Assembly (NCBI GenBank): GCA_002245135.1
Contig: NGBS01000326.1
Coordinates: 1 to 64,000, forward strand
Length of the DNA stretch: 64,000 nucleotides
Direction: 5' to 3'
Origin: Proteromonas lacertae
Taxonomy: Eukaryota
A model generated the notes under the pieces. It made no database searches, had not been told where the DNA came from, and saw nothing but the letters and a program-made list of their open reading frames with translations. Both the position numbers and the translations under genes were made by a program. Shown here one piece after another: positions 36,734 to 51,239 of the stretch; positions within the stretch are counted from its first letter, which is position 1; every line of letters starts with the position of its first letter.

Positions 36734-38092
36734 AATTTTTACACAATTTCAACATACAGTTAAATTCAAAACAATATAAAATAAAAATTATCAAAATAAT
36801 ATGTTTCTTATCTTCATTCCACCGTTTTCTTCTTTTAAACCTTTTCTTAAAATTTTTATAAATTTATAAATTGAGTAAATGAGGATTTTAAGTATATCTT
36901 TTTACATAATTATACAATTGAAAATATTAGTCCTTTCTTATCTCAACAAAATCTATATTCTTCATCTTCATCTCAATATTCTTTCTCTATAAAAACAAAT
37001 GTATCTTTGATAGATAATAAAGGTAAATGAACATCTGTTTTGTTTTTTCTTATTTTATCACTTACAGAGAATATATCACTTTTAAAACATTATAAATGAA
37101 TAATGTTGGTTATATGCATTGTCATAGAACTGTATAATCAAATTCAACAATATCTCCTAATTTACTGACAATTTTATAAACCTAAAATATATATCACTAA
37201 AATTCTCTGTAATTACTGTTTTGAATAAAGAATAATGGCATACTTTAAATACACACATACACATATCAATCGTGTTGTAAAAGCAATGGAGTGGTTACAG
37301 TTGATGATGAATAATCTACACAATCATTCACATCCATATTCTCATTTATTACTTTTACTCTAATCATATATTCTTAATATTCTTTTTTATCTTTGTGTTG
37401 GTCTAAGATATAACCCACAACTAAATATTTCACCAATATTATACATTAAATTACGAATATCATTTTTCAAATATTCTTTCATTTGATTTACTGTTATATA
37501 TGGATTGTGACGGTGTTATTGTATTTTTGGGTATTGAAGAAAGTAAGATATCTTGATCGTTGAATGATATTTTCTACATGTTTTGATTAATATTTTTGTT
37601 ATTTTTATTGTTTATTTTCTCTTTTCCTTTCTTTAAATTAAATTGATGTAAGAGTATATTTGCAATAATGAAAAATAGAATTTTCACACCAATGAAAATG
37701 ATGTATTTATAAATAATACATCTTTCAAAACTTCTTCATCATTATTCTTTTATTATCATAATTGCTTCTTTCTATACATTGCTTCTACTTCATTTATTAA
37801 CTCTCATCATTCACACATATTGTACTACAAGCTAAATCTTAAATTTAACTCTCTTATATCTTCTAAAAACATCCAATTACATCAACAAGTATAAAACACC
37901 ATTTACATCATGTTTATATTACACTTCATTATCAATAACACAAACTAACACTAAAAATTACTATTCATCATTTATATCATCATATCATATGCAATATGCA
38001 TAAATAAATCAGAATATAATATTATTGTCTTTATCACACCCTCTGCATATGATTTAAATTACATTTTAAGTTTTGGGTTATTCAAAATTTTG

Positions 38093-41000
38093 ATGAAATA
38101 GGCTTGATGATGGTTTGAAAATGTATTTTGAATTAATTCATTAAAACAACATAGAAAGCATTTAAAATCAATTAAAACAAAAAAATTTGAAAATATGTAT
38201 AGTATGATAAACATTCACATAATTATTAACATATAAAAGAATAATAGAGTAAATCAAGTAATAATTGAATTATTTAACATTCCAATATTCTTTTGATAAC
38301 TCTTCCTTTTCTTCTTCTTCTATCCCATCTAATTCTATTACTTCTATGAATGTAAATGTTTCTAAAAATGATTTTAATTCTGATTTTTCTATATCTTCCT
38401 TTAATGTTATTGATAATTCTTTTAAATCTTCAAATACTTCTTTGTTCTCTTTCATTAATCTTAATTCACTTTCATCTAATTCTGTTATTGATAGATCTGT
38501 CAATGGTTTATAATCTTTTAATCTTTCTATTAACATCTTCAATCCTTTTTCACTCATTCCAATATCTATATACAATAGAATACAGAATTTTAAATACTTG
38601 AGATGTTTAATGATGAATATCCGATGAATTTATCTAAATATTTACATATTATCTCTATCCCATCATCTCCAATTGGATTATTATGAATTGAGATATATTC
38701 AACATTTTCTGGAAAAGAGTCTGTTAATTCTTTTAATCCATTAGAAGTAATCTTGTTATTGGATAAATAAAGTTCTTCATAATCAATCTGTTTTATTAAT
38801 GAAATGTGAGAATCATTCACATTTAAATCTATTTCATTACAAATATAAATTATATACTGAAAAAATAATAGTATTTATAGTCTTTTCTTTTCTTTTTAAT
38901 ACAATAATCCAAATAATATTCAAATTCTTCTTTTGTCATTAAGGAATATTTCATTTCTATAAATGGATAATCTTCTTTTTCTAATGATTTGGAACAAATT
39001 GATTTCAATCCATTCATCCTGATATTATTTCTATTTAAGTTTATTGTGTTGCAATAAGAAAATGAATCTATCTTATCAGCTAATAATATCACACTTTCAT
39101 CATCTATTGAGATATTACTGAAATTCATTCCATCCCACTTATTGACAACATTCAAATTGTTTATTAATAGCTTAAATCCAGCATTACCAAATGGATTATC
39201 TATTAAACAAATATATATAAACTACTATAAATAATACTATTAATATCCAATCTTCCAATATTGTTATTCTCTTTCATATAATTCATCAAATATTCTATTC
39301 CATCTAAATCTATATTATTATCACTTATATCCAATCTGATCTTTTGATGAATAATCTTTAAACCATCAACTAAATACTTCAATCCAGTTGAAGATAATCC
39401 CATTTCTATTGTATACTAAATAATAATTATAATACTTAAACAATCAATTTTATTATTATAATCTATTAATAAATGTAAATGTGGAGATAATATCTTCATT
39501 CCTTCATCTCCTATCTCATTTCCATATAATTTGAGATATTTAAGATTCGGTAATGATGATAGATTGTTTATCAGTATTTCTATACTTTTATGTGTTAATT
39601 TATTATCTAAATATTAGGAAAATATCAAATTATACAACTCAAATCTAATCCATTTATTTCTTTCAATTCATTTGATCTTAAAGAAATGAATGTTTTGAAA
39701 ATATCATCATCTATTTCTGAATTAATCAGATCTAATTCATTGTATTGGTTTATATATTTGACTAATTCAGGAATGTCTTTATCAATCAGTAATTCTTTAC
39801 AAACATCACAATATATATTTGGAAATATGGAAAATAATGCTTTTAATCCTTGAGAATGAATGTTTCTGTTGTATCTAATATATATTTCCCTAAGATGTGG
39901 ATATTTATATAACTCTGATGATAATAATATCATACATTCATCATTTAAATTCATTCCTTCAAGATTCAATTCATTATTTTCGTTGATTAATAAATACAAA
40001 TATGGAAGTAACAATTTAAATCCTTTCACACCAATTTCATTAGCTATTTCATAAAATAACAATATCATTATAAATACATGTAAGATCTATATATTTCAAT
40101 TTCATTAATGGAATTGATTTAACAAATAATTCAATGAAATAGGAAGTAAGATTACAACCTGATAAATCTAATGTTTGTAGATTTGATAATCCAGTCAAAT
40201 TAGATACAAACAATGACTGACGAATAATTGGTATGTGAATAAAATCTAAATATATCATAATTATTAAAATCATACAAAATATTAAAGTTGGATTGATTAT
40301 TCTCAATATTCTAAATAAATAACTCATTCCTTCTTCACAGAAACATATACAACTAGAATATATTTTCATCATTTCTTTATCTAAATAACTACTTTCTATT
40401 TCAAATATCATCGCATCTAAATTACATTCTCCATATTTACATTTATGATGAATTTGAAATTTCAATTTACCATGAATTGATTTATCTTCTTTAAATAATT
40501 TCATCATCAATAACATTGACAATAATCTCTCGTTTGGTTGACTATCTCTAATCACTTCTCTTTTTCACTTTCAATATAATATTTTGATGGATAAACTATT
40601 GGAAATTTTATAATTACAACATCACTATTGAATAATAACTCTTTTCTTTCTTCACATATCATTACATTATTATCTTTATCTCTCAATATTTCACTCATTT
40701 TTATCATTTCTTTATTCAACTCTTTCAAACTCATTCTATCTTCACTCTTCACTTTCAACATTCTACATATCATCTCTTTCATTATATAATCATATTCTAT
40801 ATCAATACTATATTTACATTTAAAAATATTGTCTTTTGTTTTAAACATATTATCATCTTCATTAAATGGTAATTTCTTACAAATCATTTCATATAAAATA
40901 CAACCAATTGACCAAATTACACTTCTCTCATTCATTTCTAATCCATTCAACTCTTCTGGGCTTTTAAAATTCATATCATATATTCTCATATCTTCTTCTT

Positions 41001-41980
41001 TTCTCAATTCATTCAACAATAAATCACATAACTTTAAAACACCATTCTCTTCATATATCACATTACTACTCTTCAAATTACCAACTACAATCTCATATTC
41101 ACTAAATACCATTACATCATCACATATTAATCTTGTTATAACACATATTTCATTCACAGAAAAGCATTTATTAGGAATTATCTCTTTCAAGTCTCTATTG
41201 TAATATTCTCTGCAATATATCATATATTTACCGTAATCATTCATATCATATACTCTATATCGATAAATGAAGGAGGAACAATAATCTGACATAAAGGAGT
41301 TATTCTCTAACAATTTTAATATTCGCTTCTCTTTTATTTCACATACATTAAACACTTTCAACTTTTGAATATCATTTTCATATTCTACAACTAAATCTAA
41401 CTCATTAACACTTCTCTCTATTCTCTCTTTCTCCTAATAAAAATAAATTAATTCAAATACTTTCATATCATGTGCTAATTTAGCATATAACACTTTATCT
41501 ATCAAATACAACATTTCAAAATATTAAGTCGTTTCATTTATGTAATTTTTGTAATACATGTAATTTTAACTAATTTCTCTAAAATATCATTAATATTACA
41601 TAAAATAAAAATTAAATTACTTATTATCAACATCAGAATCAGAAAAAAAAACATCAACTTTACTAACGCCTCCATTCTCAGCAATATGCTGTAGAAAAAT
41701 CGATGTTTGAATTAAAAAAGATATACAAAATATAATTTCTTGAAACAATTAAGAAAAAGTAACAATAAATGAAGCAACTAGATATAGATATTATATAATG
41801 CTTTTATGACAATTGTGAATATGAGGATAGAAGTTATAAAGAAATACAAAACAATGTATATTGGTGCTGGTGTGGTTGCTCATAATGAAAATTTTAAAAT
41901 TTATATTTATTCAAATAAAATTGAAATAAGCTTGGCTTGGTGTAATTTTTCATTTTCTTTTAGGAATATTAGCGCAATGG
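38093..41980 (-). repeat. Inverted segmental duplication of ~12997-16959
   Basis: Both flanks (upstream ~460 bp and downstream ~180 bp of the kinase-LRR gene) match in reverse complement. Confidence 0.9.
38270..41514 (-). pseudogene. Pseudokinase-LRR family, copy 2 (one frameshift; may be intact if that is an assembly error)
   Basis: Colinear with copy 1. 1-nt loss in an A-run and an in-frame 21-nt deletion at ~40545-40565. Confidence 0.7.
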
Positions 41981-42780
41981 TATCACAATATTCATGTTTA
42001 TTAACACTTGAAATACAACTTTATATAAAAAAAATAACATAAATATTTTGTAACTGTTATCTTTTCTAATTCTTCACTTTCCAAATACCTAAACTATAAC
42101 AACTCTTTATAATTATTAATTCTCTTAACATCGAGATTAAACTTCATGCCAATTTACACCTACTTCTTCTAATCATTATGCATCATTTTAGTAACAAATC
42201 AATCAAACATACAATAAGTCAACTTCAATTTAGTGATAATAGTTTATGAGAATGATGCAAATAAAACCAAAATGTTGTAAATGTTTTCCAAAATGTTGTG
42301 ACTGGTTTTTGAATTTCTCATTTCCAATATATTCAACATAATTAACAATTGGAAATATTAGTTCTTTCTTATCTCCACAAAATCTATATTCTTCATCTTC
42401 ATATCAATATTCTTTCTCTATTATATATGAATTGAATGTTAGTGACTGTAAAACATTTATTCTATTTTTATATAAATATTATTATACTCTATTTTCACAA
42501 TTTTCGATATTTATTCAAGAACTCATGCATAATTAACATAAAATAATATTCATAATTTAAATTATTACATATTATCTTCACAACTACCATTAATACCTCT
42601 TCTTCTATTTTTCGTAAATGTAGATTATATTCATATTTTTATATTCGATACATATACAATATGCTTTATTTCTGTTCATTGTTTTAATAATATTATTATT
42701 GTATCATTATTAAAGGAATATAATCAATTTTATCAAAATACTTTTGCAAACTTTTCATCAAGCATTTTTGAAAATTCAAA

Positions 42781-44882
42781 ATGAAACAAAGACATTCAAA
42801 CACTAATTCATTAAAACATTGTATAATCCTATGTATTCATATAATGGTCATAGATAATATTGAAATATCATACTCAGAGAAACCTAAAACAAAGAAAATC
42901 AAAAACAAGACTACTTTAAAGAAATATGAGAGTAGATATAAAAATGAAACTCCTGATAGAGATATATTTTTGAATATTCCATATTCCTCAGATTCTTCTT
43001 CCTCCATTTCTTCCTCAAACCATTTGAAAAAGTTAAAATCAACTCATACATATGACAATTGTTCATTCTGTAATAATCAAAATAAAATATCCTCCGAAGT
43101 GTGTGGTTATGAAATCTCTTCAATAAATCCAGTTATAAACTCAAATGATAATGTGTATAGTTTATATTCATGTGATGCCGATAGTGAAAACAATGAAAGT
43201 GTAGAAATCGTGAATCATTTAGAGAATAGACTAAAAGAACTACATTCAATTCTATTCACAGATAGTGAAAGTGATAATAATAAAACAAAGAAGAGAATAA
43301 TAAAAGCAATAGATTAATTCCCAAAACAAAGATAAATGAAAGTGAATCAAATTCAATAATAAACACACCAAATGTTAATATAAATAATAATAATGAAGAA
43401 ATAAAAGAAGTTAAAGGAGAAGAGAGTAATAATAAAGAATCATTATCATCATTTGATTATCCAATATCTTCATTTCTCATAACAAATTCAATAGAATCAA
43501 TAAAACAATATTTATTATCAATGAAGAACAAAGAAAGTGAAAAGAAGAATATATTAAACAATTTAAAGATAATATTATTAGATTTATTAGAGAATATAGA
43601 AAAGATATTAAATCCAGAAATAAATGAGAATGAATCAAAAAATGAAAATGAGATGAAAATAGAAAATGAAGAAAAAGATATGAATGAAATGTCAAAAGAA
43701 GAATTAATAGTGAAAATGAATGAGTTGAATGAAATAATAAAAGATAATAATAAAAGAATAAAAGAATTAGAAAGTAGTGTAAAAAGTAGTGAATCATTAG
43801 AATATGAGATGATAAAAAGAAGAGAAGAAAATGAGATAAAAGTGAAAGAAATAAAGAATGATTTAGAATATGAATATTATAACAAAAGAAAAGATTTAGA
43901 GAAAGAATATGAAATGAAATATGAAGAAATGAAGAAAGAGAATGATAAATTGAAAGAAATAATGAAAAAGAATGAAGATAAACTGAATAAAGAAGAGAAT
44001 GAACATAATAAAGAAATAGAAAAAGAGAAAGAGAAAAATGAAAGAATAATGAAAGAATATGAAAAGACAATATTTGATTTAGAGAATAAATTAAAACTAT
44101 TAAATGAAAGTCATGAAAAATATATAAAAGAATTAAAAGAATATTATGAAAAAGAAATGGATTCCATGATAAAACCAGATAAATTGAATAAGATGTTAGA
44201 ATATAAATGTAATAATATTCAAGAAGAAATGTATAATAACAACAAGATAATAATCGAAAGATTAAAAAGTAGTTATGAAAAGAAATTGAAAGATTTAACC
44301 GAATATTATGAGAATCAAAAATTGAAAAAGAAATCAAAAAGTCAATGTTTGTTATTTTCTTCATCTTTACCAGAGAATAATATAATAAAAGAAATAAAGA
44401 ACACAACATCAAAATCATTATCCTCATCATTACCATCAACAACAACAACAACAATCAATTCAAACAATAAAACAAACAAATTTTCATCTTCTCATAATAG
44501 TACAAAAACATGTATAAAATGTGGTTTGAATGACTTTTTATCTCCAAATGTTTGTATATTTCATCCATTTTTAGCGAAAGGAGGAGGAAATTATGTTTAT
44601 GGTAAAGAATGGGAAAAATGTAAAGATGAACATCATAATATAGAAAGTAAAGGATGTTTCAAAAGAAATTTTCATGTTTATGAAAATCCCAAAACAAGAT
44701 TATCATCTAAATTCAATAAGAATAATAATAGTGATGAAAGTAAAAATGAAATATCAAACAATGAAATAGGAAGTGAAAGTATTTCAGATAAAGAAGAAGA
44801 AGAAGAAGAAGAAGATGTGTTAAAAATAAAAACAAATAAAACAATGATGATAAATGAAGATGGAAAATTAGATATAAAATAA
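42781..44882 (+). pseudogene. Coiled-coil gene copy B with frameshift near 43288
   Basis: ORFs 42781-43317 and 43521-44882 match copy A; loss of one AAT unit and one A breaks the frame. Confidence 0.75.
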
Positions 44883-44950
44883 TAATAATAATAATAGCCT
44901 ATATATATATATATATATAGAATAATTATATATTTTAAATATTGAATTAT

Positions 44951-45402
44951 TTAATTTCTTTCAATATTTTCTATCATGTGAAAATATACTTTCCCATTTA
45001 CATCACTAATCATCGTATAGCCTTCATGATCATTATCAAATTGATTGGCAAACACTTGTAACCATTTTCCATCTTTATTATCAACTACTGTTACACCTAA
45101 GATTGTCTTTCCTCCATTAATCTGACCTATTTGAACTCCTCCTTCTAATACAGGTTCTTCATAAACAGCATGTAAATCATCACTTGGTAGTAAACTCTCA
45201 TATTTCAATGCAATTTCTCTCTCAAATAAAACAGATTGTCCTGGAGCTTGACCCATCACCCAAGCACTTGAAGGATCAGAAACACCTGAGTTTATTGCAC
45301 ACATCACTGATAGTTTTAACCACCAACCATACATATTGATTATATCATCATCTACTATAATCCTTGAACCAGCTGGTAATTTACCAATTGAAGGTGTTAA
45401 TA
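44951..45402 (-). pseudogene. Orphan duplicated 3' exon fragment of the PH-CaMK gene
   Basis: Protein identical to 23432-23815 but the match ends at 45402, with no kinase exons upstream. Confidence 0.85.
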
Positions 45403-47600
45403 GAAAGTGTTATAATATAAATTTAAGCTAATCTGCTTAACTATGATAAAAAAGTAACGACTAAATTTTCATATTAAAACGGAAAAAGCTTATATCTTTT
45501 GTAGAAGCAATAATTAGTTCAATATTGCCTTCTAAAGCACAAGTATGCTAGATAGTATATTTTTGTAGATAAAAGAAAGAGTAGAAAAGAGTTCTAATGA
45601 AATTCATTTCGTTGTGCAACATCAATACGAATATAAACTATTAAAAGTTATTCAAGTCGATGGAATCAAAGAGAAAATGATTATGAGAGTTTATGAGATC
45701 AGTACAATGTTTGTTAGATTGTTGTTTATCATTAATATATCCTAATCAATTATTAAAACAAAACAATTGAAGTGAATGTATGAAGGTAATGAGAGAATAT
45801 TACAGTAGAGACTTGAAAGAGATAATTCCTAATAAATGCTTTTCTGTGAATGAAATATGTGTTATAACAAGATTAATATGTGATGATGTAATGGTATTTA
45901 GTGAATATGATATTGTAGTTGGTAATTTGAAGAGTAGTAATGTGATATATGAAGAGAATGGTGTTTTAAAGTTATGTGATTTATTGTTGAATGAATTGAG
46001 AAAAGAAGAAGATATGAGAATATATGATATGAATTTTAAAAGCCCAGAAGAGTTGAATGGATTAGAAATGAATGAGAGAAGTGTAATTTGGTCAATTGGT
46101 TGTATTTTATATGAAATGATTTGTAAGAAATTACCATTTAATGAAGATGATAATATGTTTAAAACAAGAGAGAATATTGTGAGATGTAAATACAATTATG
46201 ATGTAGAATGTGATGATGTGATGAAAGAGATAATATATAGAATGTTGAAAGTGAAGAATGAAGATAGAATGAGTTTGAAAGAGTTGAATAAAGAAATGAT
46301 AAAAATGAGTGAAATATTGAGAGATAAAGATAATAATGTAATGATATGTGAAGAAAGAAAAGAGTTATTATTCAATAATGATAATACAATTGTTAGACTT
46401 CCAATAGTTTATCCATCAAAATATTATATTGAAAGTGAAAAAGAGAAGTGATTAGAGATAGTCAACCAAACGAGAGATTATTGTCAATGTTATTGATGAT
46501 GAAATTATTTAAAGAAGATAAATCAATTCATGATAAATTGAAATTTCAAATTCATCATAAATGTAAATTTGGAGAATGTAATTTAGATGAGATGATATTT
46601 GAAATAGAAAGTAGTTATTTAGATAAAGAAATGATGAAAATATATTCTAGTTGTATATGTTTCTGTGAAGAAAGAATGAGTTATTTATTTAGAATATTGA
46701 GAATAATCAATCCAACTTTAATATTTTGTATGATTTTAATAATTATGATATATTTAGATTTTATTCACATACCAATTATTCGTCAGTCATTGTTTGTATC
46801 ATCTTATTAATAGATGATAGAAGTATAATCTTATTAACAGAAAAGAAAGATTCTTTTATGAAAAGTATATATATATAATGTTAAATGGAAATAATATCAA
46901 AAACAATGGATTAAAGTCACTTTATCCAATGGACAAATGTAGAATGGGAATATTATCTGAACTATTGTATTAAAAAGAAAAGATTTGATAATAGGTGTTA
47001 TGATTTTTCAAGTATGAAAGCTATTTTTTAATGAAATAGATTCAAATCTAAATGATTCTCATATTTCATTAAATAAACAGATTGATTATAAATATCTTGA
47101 TTTATCCAATAACAAGATTATTTCTAATGGACTGAAAGAATTAATAGAATCTTTTCCAGAAAATGTTAAATATATCTCAATATATAATAATCAAATTGGA
47201 GATGATGGGATAGAGATAATCTGTAAATATTTATATATATTTGTCTATTCGTCAATAGACATCTCAAGTATTTAAAATTCTGTATTTTATTCGATTGTAT
47301 ATAGATATTGGAATGAGTGAAAAAGGATTAAAAATGTTAATAGAAAAGTTGAAAGCTTATAAACAGTTGAGTATAATTAATTTATCAGGTAATATATTCA
47401 ATGAAAAAGAATTAAGAATGATGAGAGAAAACAAAGAAATATTCTATGGATTAGATACACTATCAATAACAGTAAAAGAGAATATCAATAAATCAGACTT
47501 AGAATTATTTTTAGAAACATTTTGTTTAATTGATATTATAGAAATAAATGGAATTACAGATGAGGAAAAGAAAGAGATTTCCAAAAATACTATAATATAA
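45403..47600 (+). pseudogene. Pseudokinase-LRR family, copy 3 (chimeric, internally deleted)
   Basis: Divergent 5' exon (IKERVEKSSNEIHFVVQHQYEYKLLKV vs EKERIERSVNELDLVVEYENDIQKLKV), near-identical middle ~45792-46802, loss of ~1.1 kb of LRR exons after 46802, divergent last exon. Confidence 0.75.
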
Positions 47601-47701
47601 AATAATCGAATTGTTATAATTATTACTGCTATACATTTCATTTAAATAAACAACCAATTACAGATATTATCACAATAATAACAAAATTAATTAAAATTTA
47701 T

Positions 47702-48855
47702 CTATGTTTCTCCATTATTCTTAACTTCTATTTTCTTCGATGGTCTCTGTTGATGAATCGTCTGTAACAACGCTTTAAATGATTCAACTTCTGAATCAGA
47801 AGTATCATCTTCATAATCTGCCGAATTCTCACGAGGTGGATGTGTAGCAGCAGTACTACTACTATCTACAGTTGTTTTTGATGTTGTTGTAGAATTTACA
47901 TTTGTAGATTGAGATAATTTACTTGAGTGATTTTTCTTATTAATTGTCGTAGAATGACTGGAAGTAGGTGTTAAAGATGAAGGAATTGATTGTGATACTG
48001 TAGAAGGTGGAGGAGTAGGAGATTGTATTTTTTTAATATTTTTATTAATATTGTTATTATTATTAGATTTGAGTTTATTAGTTTCACTCTCTTTAACTTT
48101 TTCACTTTCACTTTCAGCTATTGTGGTTGTTGTTGTTGTTGTAGCTGTTGCTGTTGTTGTAGAAGCATTCTTTACTTTCTTCTTTTTATTTCTATTTCTT
48201 CTTTTCTTTTTATTAGCAATACTACTTTCAGATTTATTTATTTCTTCCAACAATAATTCTCTCATCTTTAAACTCTTATCAAAAGCAATAGAATAAGAAA
48301 TATCTAAATTCTCTTTATATAATATTGATATTACATCAATTACATATTCAGTACTGGCTTCTATAGTGTTTGAACTATATATATATATATATATATTATA
48401 TAATAGAATTTATTTATACTTAGGACATCTTGTATGATCTGGTTCAATATCTAAAGACTCATCTCCTTTAATTAATAAAGACAGTAAATATTCTTCGTGT
48501 AGTTCGTCATAATTTAATATTATTTTATTTGATATCTATTTATAAATGCATATAGATAGGTTATACTGTAATTAAACTTCTTAACATCTCTGAAGGACTA
48601 CGCAGCTGATTGAAAACATTGTCATAACATCTGTGACATAAATTGTTCTTTATTAAATAATTGTGAAGATGCTCTTTAAAGCATTGTCCTTTGAAAATTG
48701 TTAATCTTGTTTTTTCTTCCTCTGATAATGCCTTCCAATGGATTATCAGAGATTTTGGATTGAAATATGGAGTATGCTAAGATGATAGAGTGTGAATGAT
48801 ATACACAATCTTCTCGAGATATATAATGGATTGAGCAACACTTTCCTGTAATCAT
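47702..48855 (-). CDS. Uncharacterised protein, weakly NST1/GGNBP2-like (W..L.EEE..C..C; ELLLEE..KKKRR)
   Basis: Spliced exons HWKALSEEEKTRL..NNLCHRC, then a low-complexity Thr/Ser exon. The family call is weak. Confidence 0.5.
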
Positions 48856-49120
48856 TTTATCTTGTAATATGTGGTGTAATATATGTGTCTAATAGAAATT
48901 ATAAAATGAAAGCTAATATATTGTTATATAATGGAATTTATAATTCAAGCTATATATTTAATTGCATTTATATGTATTTATATTTATAATATAGCATACA
49001 TGCGAATTTAGATAAATAAAATCAAAACTAAAAATGTGACCGTCAAATGATGTAAAAATTACAGTCATTTTTGTAATAAAATACAATAACATAATAAAAG
49101 ATTAAAATAATTACTTATTA

Positions 49121-49847
49121 TTAATATTGACCTACCTGAACATTATAATAATTCACTTGCTGTTGTTGATAATAAACTGGATTAGTATTAACTCTAGGAT
49201 CAACTGGGTTTTGTTGAATAGTAGGAGTTTGAATTCTTGGTATTTTTTGGGGAGGTTCTGATTTTATTTCTGGAGTAATATTTTTTCTAATTACAGTCTT
49301 TTCAATTATTGGAAGTGAATGAACCATTCCAAAATGTAATTCTATTTTGAAAAGAGCTCTTGCAAGAGCAGGATGGGCTCTTAACATATTCACCGCTTTG
49401 TTTTTATCTTTTGCTACAAGAGATTTAAATTCATTTAATAAATTGACTGTTTCTGTTTGTGACATTTCATCTATTGATCTTTCATTTTGAAAATCCTATT
49501 TAAATAATGTTAATAAATATATACTCTTATATCGTTAGCATATGCTACAATTAAATTATTTCCATTAAATTCTTTATTGTTAAGAAGTGATACAGCATGT
49601 TCTACAGACTCTCTATCACGATATTCACAATATCCAAATCCTTTTGATTGGCCCATGTTATCAGTTTTAATTCTATATAATCGCACATATTAGACTAAAA
49701 TACGTAAAATTAACAACAGTTCCAGCTCTACTAAGCATGTTTTCAACATCATCAGCTGAAACACCAATAGGAATATTGCCAACTAATTCATTATATGTAT
49801 TACATTATACCAAATACACATAAATAGCTATCAACACCTTTCTCCAT
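49121..49847 (-). CDS. CSTF2: Cleavage stimulation factor 64 kDa / Rna15-like (RRM + hinge)
   Basis: VFVGNIP and SKGFGYCEY RNP motifs across short introns; hinge LRAHPALARALF. Confidence 0.8.
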
Positions 49848-49948
49848 TCAATAAAAAGCAAAATTGGTTAGTGTGGTTTGATCAGATCGTGGTAATTTCT
49901 TTTCAATCAAAAAAACAATATAAACGATTTATTTAACATATTTCTTAT

Positions 49949-51239
49949 TTATTTTCTATTAATAAAATACAAAATAATTCCAGTAACAACGCTAACACTG
50001 ACAGCAGAGCATGTTATCTTCATTGTATAATTATTTTTATCCCATATCTCTTTTTTCACTTTTCTTATATCTTCAGCTAAATTCTTCAAATCCTCAGAAT
50101 AATAATCAGCATCTCCCGTTTCTTTTACATCTAATTCAATATCTCGTTTTCTTTGTAATAGCATACTCAATTCTTCATTTAGATATTCCAATTCTGCATT
50201 TTTATCTTCAATAATATCTTCCTTCTTCTTTCTCTTGTTTAATTCACCTATATCACTGTTTTGGTGTTCAATTATTCTATTGGTTATTTTTTTATTTTCT
50301 TCAACGTAATTATAGTTAGGTAAGTTATATATCTTTCTAACTGTATCATAACCACAGACATTAACGGTTTTGTTACCAATTACTTGTTGATTGTTCTTAA
50401 TCTCTTCCTGTGTATATTTTTCTATTTTATCAACAAAATCTTTTTCATTTAACATCTTTGATGTGATTATTTTTTCACATAATAATATAAATTCATCAAC
50501 TGTTACATTTGAATTTTCATTCACCATTTCTTCTATTTTTTCATCCTTATTCTTTCCTTCTCTCTCTTCTAGTATCTCTAAGTATGATTTATTAGCTTGT
50601 CGTATTTTATCAGCTGATTCTTTTTGTCCAATCATATCGAAGAAATATTCCATTGTTAATTTTTGACGAAATGATTCTTTTTCTGCAGATGAATCTTTAT
50701 TGGAAGAGGGGAGTAATGAATTGTTTAAAAATTGATTATATATTGAATCATACTCTGTGAAGCCAAAATCTTTCATTATCTTAATTATATCTTTTCTGGT
50801 TATATTCTTGTCATTATATTTAGTTTTTTCTATTACATAGAATATACTACTCAAATAATTCTCAGTTCCTTCATTTAAGGTGGTTTTCACTTTGAAAATC
50901 TGAATAGGATCATTTGATTGAATTATTGCATCTATGTACTTTGTATATTGAGGAAAAGATTCTCTTAGTAATAGACGGTAATTATAATCACCCTGGTAGT
51001 GTTGTTGAAAGTAATATGTTGGTACAGTTGTCATAATCAGCACAACAATTGCTGGTTTCTTCCAATCAAATTTTCTTTTAGATTTCTTTGCTTTCTTTGC
51101 GGTTTCTGGTAATTTTGTTTCTTTCTTAGCTTCTTTTGTTGATTCTGTTACAAAACGACGTATCAGTCGAAACTAAATATTATAGAAATAAAAATAATAC
51201 TTTATTTCTTTGTAAAGACTTTAAAAATGAAGAATTCAT
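49949..51239 (-). CDS. Uncharacterised protein with mitochondrial-presequence-like N-terminus and two hydrophobic anchors
   Basis: MNSSFLKSLQRNK|FRLIRRF across a 28-nt intron; hydrophobic PAIVVLIMTTV and C-terminal AVSVSVVTGIILYFI. Confidence 0.6.

Larger units (their letters stand above)
42345..45402 (-). repeat. Inverted segmental duplication of ~23364-26420
   Basis: Near-identical reverse complement, covering the coiled-coil gene and the last exon of the PH-CaMK gene. Confidence 0.92.

Noticed and set aside
44951..45334. Stand-alone 127-aa gene
   Set aside because: It is the duplicated last exon of the PH-CaMK gene, cut at the 45402 breakpoint.
38093..45402. Autonomous transposon or endogenous virus explaining the duplications
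   Set aside because: No transposase, reverse transcriptase, integrase, Rep/helicase or capsid motifs recognised; no consistent terminal repeats or target-site duplications seen.
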